Shown here: piece after piece, positions 39,740 through 49,800 of the stretch
Position numbering within the stretch: position 1 is the stretch's first letter
Layout: every line of letters begins with the position of its first letter
Origin: Geosiphon pyriformis uo1
Lineage: Eukaryota > Fungi > Glomeromycota
Assembly (NCBI GenBank): GCA_016748015.1
Contig: JAAOMT010000441.1
Location: forward strand, 124,001 to 188,000
DNA: 64,000 bases
Direction of reading: 5' to 3'
Translations under genes and position numbers: made by a program
Notes under the pieces: model-generated
Databases searched by the model: none
What the model was told of the DNA's origin: nothing
What the model saw: the letters and a program-made list of their open reading frames with translations, nothing else

Positions 39740-42700
39740 GTGGTGACAAAAACCCCTAATCTTACTGTTCTTGAATTCTGCCATGCTATTTACACACAAA
39801 ATCAAAGTGATCTTGGATTACCAGAAGGGTGTTGTCCAGCAGAATCTGCCTTCACTTATTATATCAACACCAGAATAAATTATCATATAGGAAATGAAGA
39901 AGAACTACACGACATAAAACTTGGATTGTATAGAGAATTATCACAATACACTACAAAAGAAGTAGCAGTAATAGCCGCAACTATTGTCAAAATCCATCGA
40001 GAAATTGAGCAATACGCCAACAAAAATTTTTCAATATCCACAGGAAACACTAGGGAACGCGCCAACAAAACCAAAGAAAATTTAGAAACTAATCAGGAAA
40101 ATAACCAGCAAAAACTAGAAACACCAGCTCAAACACCAAAGAAAACTGTCATTCAATCAATAAAAAAACAATGTATTTATTCACCAGAAGATAAATCATA
40201 CCANNNNNNNNNNNNNNNNNNNNNNNNNNNNNNNNNNNNNNNNNNNNNNNNNNNNNNNNNNNNNNNNNNNNNNNNNNNNNNNNNNNNNNNNNNNNNNNNN
40301 NNNNNNNNNNNNNNNNNNNNNNNNNNNNNNNNNNNNNNNNNNNNNNNNNNNNNNNNNNNNNNNNNNNNNNNNNNNNNNNNNNNNNNNNNNNNNNNNNNNN
40401 NNNNNNNNNNNNNNNNNNNNNNNNNNNNNNNNNNNNNNNNNNNNNNNNNNNNNNNNNNNNNNNNNNNNNNNNNNNNNNNNNNNNNNNNNNNNNNNNNNNN
40501 NNNNNNNNNNNNNNNNNNNNNNNNNNNNNNNNNNNNNNNNNNNNNNNNNNNNNNNNNNNNNNNNNNNNNNNNNNNNNNNNNNNNNNNNNNNNNNNNNNNN
40601 NNNNNNNNNNNNNNNNNNNNNNNNNNNNNNNNNNNNNNNNNNNNNNNNNNNNNNNNNNNNNNNNNNNNNNNNNNNNNNNNNNNNNNNNNNNNNNNNNNNN
40701 NNNNNNNNNNNNNNNNNNNNNNNNNNNNNNNNNNNNNNNNNNNNNNNNNNNNNNNNNNNNNNNNNNNNNNNNNNNNNNNNNNNNNNNNNNNNNNNNNNNN
40801 NNNNNNNNNNNNNNNNNNNNNNNNNNNNNNNNNNNNNNNNNNNNNNNNNNNNNNNNNNNNNNNNNNNNNNNNNNNNNNNNNNNNNNNNNNNNNNNNNNNN
40901 NNNNNNNNNNNNNNNNNNNNNNNNNNNNNNNNNNNNNNNNNNNNNNNNNNNNNNNNNNNNNNNNNNNNNNNNNNNNNNNNNNNNNNNNNNNNNNNNNNNN
41001 NNNNNNNNNNNNNNNNNNNNNNNNNNNNNNNNNNNNNNNNNNNNNNNNNNNNNNNNNNNNNNNNNNNNNNNNNNNNNNNNNNNNNNNNNNNNNNNNNNNN
41101 NNNNNNNNNNNNNNAACCAAGAATTCCTCCAAATTGAGCCAGACAATACCACCAGCAGTTGCCACCGAAGATTGCAGCCTCGCAGCTATTTTTCCTTTTG
41201 AATTAGAGAAAAACGAGGCTATGTTCAGTGGAGCAGCATTGGACGAAAAACGCCCAATTACTGCTATGTATACGGAAGCCACTGTAAACAATACCCCAAT
41301 CAAACTTATCTTAGACAGCGGATCCGCTGGAAGCATCATAACGCTTCAACTAGTAAACCAACTGGGTTTCAAAGTTGATCGTGCTATGACGTCCCAAATT
41401 ATAACAGCCAATGGAAGTACAAAGCTGCCTCATGGCAAAATTGACTCATTCTCTTTCGAAATTAACAGCATAGTAATATCTACAAAAGTATTAGTAATGA
41501 ACGCTATACAATATCAAGCATTAGTAGAAAATGACTGGCTAACAAAAGCCAACGCCACCCTAGACTGGACCACCCAAGAGCTTCTAATTAATTATAATGG
41601 CCACCAGGCCAAAATTTCAGCCATCTGTGACCACTTCCAAAAACCCAGTGCCAACCAAAGACCTACCTTTGAATTTGAGAAAAATCCAGCACTACCAGCC
41701 ATTGAAACCTATCAGCTCTCTTGGGCTGATGACCAAAGAACAGGACTACCAGCCGTACCAACGTGGACCAGCGAAGAAAGATCCGAATGGAACCAGATAA
41801 GTTCACAAAGAAACCACCAGCGACGCAGACCAAAGCTAGAATGCTCGGTTTGCAAGAAGAAACTCTTGTCTATGACTGCATGCAGTGCACCAGACGAAGA
41901 CCCAAGAAACCCCACCCACTACTATTGTAACCGTTGTAACAAAGAAAAATATGGTTACCCAGAAAGACACGGAAAATGGGACGAGGAACCGTGCCTCGCT
42001 TGTGGAGAACCATTACCAAGAGGGTGTGACTGGAACGACTTACCAGACAGAGGAGAAACGTGTGACGCAACTTGCCAATACACGATCCTTATCTGTGATT
42101 GGGTAAGAGGAGGAACGCCGTTTGAAGCAGCGTTCAACAGAGCGTTAAAAAGACTACAGCACTACTCACACGACGAGGACAAATTGTACAATACCACACA
42201 AGCCAAAGTAAGAGAAGGAACTGCCGAAGAAATACGATGTTGGAAAGAGTCAGCTAAAGTAGCCGACAAAGTCGCCAGCTACAACATGTTCGACCCAGTA
42301 GATGAATTCCAGAACTACTACCAACAACTATGCCCCACTCGACAAGAGCAAAAACAATACCTCGCCCAAATCAACACTTATCTCTGTGAAAACTGTCTCA
42401 TTCTGTGCCAAAATCAGTGCTGTGAAGAGTGTCAAGACAAAAGAAACTTAGAAAGAAAAATGGAAATTGAGAATCAGCAGTCTCAAAATCAATCAATAAA
42501 TCAACAAGACTCACCTGACGGTCCCAAGTCAGAAAAATTTGTAGCTTATACTGACCTAGAACAGATGACTGACATCCAATACTTTGACAACGGGCACTTA
42601 GGAATAATACCCAAAAGAGCTCATTCAACTGACACCAGATTTGATCTACGTTATCCAGAAGACCAATCTACAACATTACCACCCAGGAGCATCACCAAAA

Positions 42701-45700
42701 TTGACCTAAAAATAGCGGTTGAAATTCCACCAGGAATAATAGTTCAAATGACATCGCAATCAAGCCTCGCGAAAAAAGGAATAAGTGTTCAAGGAGAAGT
42801 AATTGACTTCAGATACACTGGAAATTTAATGGTTTTGCTACAGAACAATTCAGAAAAGCCTTATACCATTGAATCTAAGGAAAAGATTACACAAGCAATT
42901 TTCCTACCATTGGTAAAAATTGGGAAATTCGTGCCAGTGGAAAATTGTGAGGAATTGTCACAAACAACAAGAGGAACTTTTGGTTTCGGATCAACAGAAA
43001 AAGGAATTGAAGCGAATTTTGCTGAAACAATAAAGAAAAAAGGTGAAGTAATTAAAAATGAGCAGTCCATCATGCTCTTATCATATGGAAAATCAGAAAT
43101 AAGAATAAAAAGAACAATTAAAGAAAAAAACCTAATATTTAAGCCCTACCCAGAAACTTGTCAACAGTTTTTCATAGGACTTACTAACCTTTTTATTCCA
43201 GCTGATAAAGCTCAATAGATAAAAATTCTTATTGCAAACACCACAGAAGAACCCGTCTATATTCCAGAAGATACCATCATTGAATACCTCAGAACAGAGC
43301 TAGAAAACACATCAACACCACAAGAAATTCTAAATTTTCCAGAAATTGCTCTCTACTGTGAACTCACTTCAATAAATTGGCAACAACCATTAGAATGCTA
43401 TCAATTTATGCCAAAAGAATTGGCCAAATTAAACATTGGAACAATGGATCCTGACCAATAGCAACAATTAAAAGCATTAATTTTAAAATACTCTGATATA
43501 TTTTCAAGAAATGGCGAATTTGGAAGAACCAACTTGGTTCAACACCAAATCCCCACTGGAGATATCAGACCTGAAAAACAACGCACTTACCGTGTCCCAC
43601 CAATGGAGCATAATTTTATCAGAGAAAAAGTCCAAAGCATATTAGAAAAAGGAATAATACAACTATCAATGAGCCCATGGTCCTCACCAGTTGTTTTAGT
43701 AAGGAAAAAGAACGGAAAAATTAGATTTTGCATCGACTATCGCAAACTAAACAGCAAAACAACCAAAGACTCATACCCAATACCATTAATTGATGAAATC
43801 TCTGACATTTTTGGAGGAGCAAAATGGTTTTCTACACTGGACTTGACCAGTAGGTACTGGCAAGTGGAAATGGACCCAAAAAACAGACATAAAACAGCAT
43901 TTACAATACAAAATGGCAATTATGAGTTCAATGTAATGCTATTTGGATTAACAAATACTCCCACGACATTCCAAAGACTAATGAACGTAATTTACTCCAG
44001 AATCCTGTGGCAATCTGTTGTTGTCTACTTGGATGATACAAATGTTTTCTCGTCAAAATTCACGGATCATCTCCAACATTTACAACAAGTTTTTGAGAGA
44101 TTGAGACACACTGGACTTAAACTAAATCTAGAAAAATGTTTCTTTGGAAAAAATGAGCTAGCATTTTTAGGACACGTAGTTGGAAAAGATGGAATAAAAC
44201 CAGATCCATCAAAAATAGACAAAGTAAAAAATTTTCCAGTACCTCGAAACGTTTCAGAAGTTAAAAGCTTTTTAGGACTTGCATCTTACTACCATTGCTT
44301 TGTAGAAAACTTTTCAAATATCGCCAAACCCCTTAATTACCTACTATCTAAAAATGTGAAGTTTGAATGAACTGAAGCACAACAAAAAGCTTTTGAGTAC
44401 CTTAGACAAAAGCTCATTGAATCACCAATAATGATCTATTTGAATTTCAACAAGAAATTCAGTTTGGCCACAGATGCCTCTGGAACTGGACTTGGAGCCA
44501 TTCTATCACAAAAAGATGATAATGGAAAAGAATGTGTAATCGCTTATGCCAGCAGAAGTCTTAATACAGCAGAACAAAACTACACAGCACATGAACTTGA
44601 ATGCTTAGCAATAGTCTGGAGTTGTGTTTACTTTAACACATATTTACGGTACCAACCCTTTGAGATTACGACAGATCATAGAGGTCTGGTCTGGTTAAAT
44701 AACAAGAAAGTGCTAAAAAGAAAATATGCCAGATGGTTACAAATGTTAGCACCATATGATAATATTATTAAATACAAAGAAGGTACCAAAAATGCTAATG
44801 CCGACTGTTTGTCAAGAATGAGACACACATAAAAATTACCAACCCACCCGCCACAACAACAATGANNNNNNNNNNNNNNNNNNNNNNNNNNNNNNNNNNN
44901 NNNNNNNNNNNNNNNNNNNNNNNNNNNNNNNNNNNNNNNNNNNNNNNNNNNNNNNNNNNNNNNNNNNNNNNNNNNNNNNNNNNNNNNNNNNNNNNNNNNN
45001 NNNNNNNNNNNNNNNNNNNNNNNNNNNNNNNNNNNNNNNNNNNNNNNNNNNNNNNNNNNNNNNNNNNNNNNNNNNNNNNNNNNNNNNNNNNNNNNNNNNN
45101 NNNNNNNNNNNNNNNNNNNNNNNNNNNNNNNNNNTGGGATGGACCATTTTATATTTACAAAATACTTAGAAATGGAGCATACAAGCTAAGACTAGATAAT
45201 AAAATATTAAGAAAAGCAGCACATGGTAACTGGCTGAAATTCTATTACAGTAAACCAGTAATAACAACAAAAACATCCAGAATTGGAACACAATTACTTT
45301 TAATTCTACCAGAACAAATTCCACAAGATTTAGAACCAATAGTTTTAATTGAACATTATTCAAAAAGATAATTAATCTTAGATCACAGCAAAAATGATTT
45401 AACAACCATAAAAACACATGCAAAAGATTTCAAAATAACAGTCAAAATTAAAACAATGATACTTATTCCAGAAAACATCAACAATATAACTTAACAATTA
45501 GTTGAAAGCTTACAACAATTAAAATCCGATCTAGAAATCACAGTTAATAGCTCCAAAATAACATACATAAAAAGAACAATAGAAAATCCAAAAACAAGAA
45601 AAGAACATAATTTCGAACCATATAATATTGCCAAATATAACAACAAATTTATTAGCAAAGTTATTGAAAAATTAGAGATAGCATTGGGCAATACATTATA

Positions 45701-45858
45701 CTCAAAAGACTCAACTAGAGTGTTTGACAAAACAACTATCCAACTATTAGAACCTTTCATTGGAAAAACCAACACTACATTCCATTCAAAAACAGTTTAC
45801 AGAATTTTCAAAGCATTTGAAAACTGTCACAAATTATTGTTGGACCCAACCATGAACA
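39740..45858 (+). pseudogene. Gypsy 1 gag-pol: N-terminal region, [gap], aspartic protease, Cys-rich domain, dUTPase, RT, RNase H, [gap], integrase C-terminus
   Basis: LILDSGSAG (PR); SPWSSPVVLVRKKNGKIRFCIDYRKLN, YLDD, FLGH (RT); LATDASGTGLGAILSQ, ELECLAIVW, TDH, NANADCLSR (RH); WDGPFYI..NGAYKL (GPY/F). PR to RH is one frame broken by point stops. Confidence 0.9.
42601..42996 (+). other. Trimeric dUTPase domain within Gypsy 1 pol
   Basis: Motifs I-V: RFDL, SQSSLA (SRSSLA in copy 2), EVIDFRYTG (GVIDSGYTG in copy 2), KITQ/KIAQ, RGTFGFGST. Confidence 0.92.
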
Positions 45859-45999
45859 NNNNNNNNNNNNNNNNNNNNNNNNNNNNNNNNNNNNNNNNNN
45901 NNNNNNNNNNNNNNNNNNNNNNNNNNNNNNNNNNNNNNNNNNNNNNNNNNNNNNNNNNNNNNNNNNNNNNNNNNNNNNNNNNNNNNNNNNNNNGGATAA

Positions 46000-46866
46000 T
46001 GTTATGGTTTAAGAATTTAGCAAAAAGAATTATAAAAATAATACAAACTATTCAATCATAATATAGCACAGTAATAATCTTAGAAAGGTAATGATTAACA
46101 TAGTAGCAAACACCATCTCGTGATAGTGGCAAGCACCAGTTCACAATAGCAGCCAACACCAACTGGTGATAGCAGCAAACACCAGGTTGAAATATCAAAA
46201 AGAAAGTATTTTCTCGTAGAACTACAAACATGTATATATACAGTAGTTTTAATATTGGGAAATAATCAATCAAGTAATAAAAATCATAACTTATCAAGCA
46301 ACAGATCCAATTTTATCCAACAAACTCCATTTTAAATCATACTTTCAAATTAAATATCCCAAGAAACCTTTAAAAATCAAAAAGAAATGAAAAAGAATAT
46401 TTAAAATGGAACTATTACAACCCAAAGTATTAAGAAACTTACTTGTATTATTTATTGAATGAAACTATCATTCATCAACTGAATCCCTTGGAAGAATAAT
46501 CCTTGATCAAGATTATTCACGTTGTTATTAATTGATAAAAGCTTTATTGTGAGAATTAGAAAAGCGCTAAAGACCATTAACATTCTGTGTTTCTAGATTA
46601 GAGAAACACATCAGGCAATTGCAAAGATAGCCTCAGAGAAGACCCCAGACAGTGGGTAGATTTCAGTTCAGCCTCTGAGAAGGAGTACATAAACACACAC
46701 AACAATCAAGAATTAAAGAATAACTTCCATCGCAACAGTAAAAAGAAAGCCTTTAGTGTAACAGTGATATTATCACACAAATAGAATTGAGGAACTCACG
46801 AAAGACTGATTGCAATTAAAGCGGGATATTAGCAATTAAATATAACAAGAAAACCATCCCGTAACA
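46000..46866 (+). repeat. 3' LTR of Gypsy 1
   Basis: TGTTATGG...CCGTAACA. The polypurine tract is mostly hidden by the preceding N-gap. Confidence 0.96.
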
Positions 46867-49800
46867 ACGTACAGAGAGATCAAATCAGGAGGGGACTGGA
46901 CCATGGGGGTCCAGTCTTTTCTAATGCTTGAAAGTCTTCCAATCAAAAACAACGCCATTTTGGTCACAAAGCTGGTCTATGAAAGCTATACTATAACATC
47001 TAAGAGAAGAGACACATTTGAAAAAAATTGTCTTGCCAAAAACTAGAGACATAAGAGTACCACTCCGAAGACAAAAAGCACTGGCCAGAGAGCCACCCAG
47101 AGACAAATCACACCTGGAAAAAATACGAACCACACCTGCCAAAAAGTTGTTTGAAGGGCTGACTCTAACATGAACAGAAAACAACAAAGAGTGACGAGGA
47201 TGCCAGCTGAGAACCTGAAAATCATAAGACCTATGAGAAAACAAGCGACCCAAAACACCAACCAAATTTGCAAAAGCAATGACAGAAGCTGATTTGCTCT
47301 CAGCCTGAATCTGCTTAAAAGTTTTTAAATTATACAAGGAAGGATAATGAAGTGCATTATTGGGAAAGTCCAGAGGCAGCCCAGATTTGGACTTCAGACC
47401 CTTGCAAATCAAAGTGTCCCATTTATTACACACACTGAGAGGAATAAAACTGAACTAAATTCTGTAGCTGACAATAGGAAAGAGAATTGAAGACACCAAA
47501 TAAGCAAACTGTTTATCTGAAATAGCTTTTCTCAAAATGAGATTGACAAAAAACCAAACATCCGAATGCGCCTTAACCAAGCTAGGCTTCGAAAGACCTT
47601 TAGAAGATAAAAAAATCCCCAGATAACAATGAGGTTCATCTCTTTTAGCGATGGAAATTGGCATATCACTGATAGTTAAGTAAGGAGCAGTAACCTGACA
47701 GTTGATAAGAATGGTCACAGTCTTGTCATTGTTTATTAAAATGTCATTTAAACAAAAGAAATCACTAGCAACATTGAGGATGTGTTGTATAGCAGTCTGG
47801 CTGCTACCAACTCAGATAGTATTATTAACAAAAACACCAGCAGCCAGAAATGATGTCAGCCCAGCTTGAAATTCCATCCAGCCAGTCTTAGAAACGAAAT
47901 AAGAAATCAACCTGTAACCACAAATGCTCTCCTGTCTCTTAACCTCACACAAAAGTGAGTCATAAAATATGCACCAGAGAAGTGGCGAAAAAATCTTCTT
48001 CTGATCCAATCCATTGTGAACATGATATCTATCAGTCAAACCAAAATCTGTCATCACTCTGTTAATGTGACTATTATAAATGCTACCAAAAAATCTGATA
48101 AATTTGTTACATATTTTGATCCTGATCAAACTCCTCTTGAGATGCTCCCAACCAACAGAATCATAAGCTTTGCGCATATCCTGTAAAACCAGCCACAACT
48201 CTCGGTTTTTTTCCAAAGCATCTTCAATCATTGAACCAATAGCAAAGATAGGCAATTGAGTAGATGTACTTTTCAGAACAGAGAAATTGTTTCCACGGAG
48301 GACATCAAAAGTGCTACAAGCCAGAGAGATCCGATCTGAAAGAATCTTGGAAAAGACCTTGCAAGCTGTCTCAATCAAAGCAATAAGGCAGGTATTTGTA
48401 AGAATCTCCTCCCACTCATAAGGTTTAGGAATTATTGAGACCCAGGCTTCCCTCCAAAGTCCAGGCATTGACTCACAACCCAAACAAAAATTTAAGAGCA
48501 CCAAAAGCATATCCAAGACTGACTTGTCACAGTGTTTCCAAAGTTCATTAGTGATACCAGAAAAACCAGCCACTTTCTCATCAGGCAAATTTGAAATAAC
48601 ACCAAACATCTCATCAAAACTGATTGAATGCATTACATTAGAGAAGATACTATCGAAGACATGATCCAAAGGCCAAAACTGCCTTGCCCAATCACCAGAA
48701 ATATCAGAAGCCACTACACATTTCCTAGTCCAACTCTCCATGATTTCATCCATCTTAGATTTAACCAAATCAGGCTCCAAGATCAACTTCCCACCATCCA
48801 CCAAATGATCCAACACCACTTTACAAAAAGAACACTCCAAAACACTTCTAATGGTGTAACCCTTATCCACCTCAAAACTCTCTATTCTCCTCTCAATAGC
48901 CTGCTTTATACAAGATTCTTCAGCATGCTTAGATTCTAATAACTTAGAAGAGTGATAAGACTTCTTTGCCTTAGCCAGCCCAGAACAAATCACATCAAAA
49001 CTGGCACCAGAAAGAAATAGAGATTTTACTAACAAAGTGCCCACAGAATCAAGCCTGTTCTAAGTATTTAACAACAAGACAAAATCTCTGCCAGAAACCA
49101 ACTGAAAAGTCTTTACCAGTTTAGACACAAGTAGTTCCAGTTTATGAAACTGGGAAGACACCTTATTAAAAACACAATTGAAACTCTTAAACTATTTTTT
49201 CTTGAATGTTCCACCAGCCGAAAGAACTATAACCTTATGAACAATGTTCCACATCACATCCAGATCAGAAAACTGCTTAGCTGCAACAAATTCATCCAAG
49301 AACATAACAGCATTAACAGCCGTAGCAACCCTAAATTCTGACCACTTAATCTCACTGGTATTTTTAATATCATACTTCCAACAATCTCTATTAGCTTGTT
49401 TGTGCAGTGAGTTCAATTAAACATTGAGCAGACCACCCAGACCCACAGAAACATAAACAGCCTTGTGATTGGTATCAAAATAGTCCTCAACACCATCTAC
49501 ACCACAATCCACTACCGTACCAACCAAATTAAAAGAAACAAACACGTAGTCAATTGTCTTAATGATACCACAAAAATTGCACCAAGTAGGTGACTTCACA
49601 AAAGAGCTCTCCCCCAAAGAGTTAATCAAACCTAAATCAAAACACTTTTTGAAACTGGCACATTTGTGCGAACTATTTTTATTAAAATTACCACCAAGAA
49701 TAACAAAAAAAGACTCATTAATGGCTTTAGCAATGAGAGAGTTGATCTCACCAGCCTGAAAAAACCAAACCACTGATGAAACACCAGCATAGAGCCCCAA

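Larger units (their letters stand above)
38792..46866 (+). mobile_element. Ty3/Gypsy LTR retrotransposon 1 (dUTPase-bearing), both LTRs, 4-bp TSD ACGT
   Basis: LTRs 38792-39657 and 46000-46866 (TGTTA..TAACA); ACGT at 38788-38791 and 46867-46870; PBS after the 5' LTR; PR-dUTPase-RT-RH order then a GPF integrase tail; three N-gaps. Confidence 0.96.

Noticed and set aside
40149-41339. Long ORFs of 300-470 aa spanning N runs (also 44836-45371, 59111-59536)
   Set aside because: Lengths are artefacts of translating assembly gaps.
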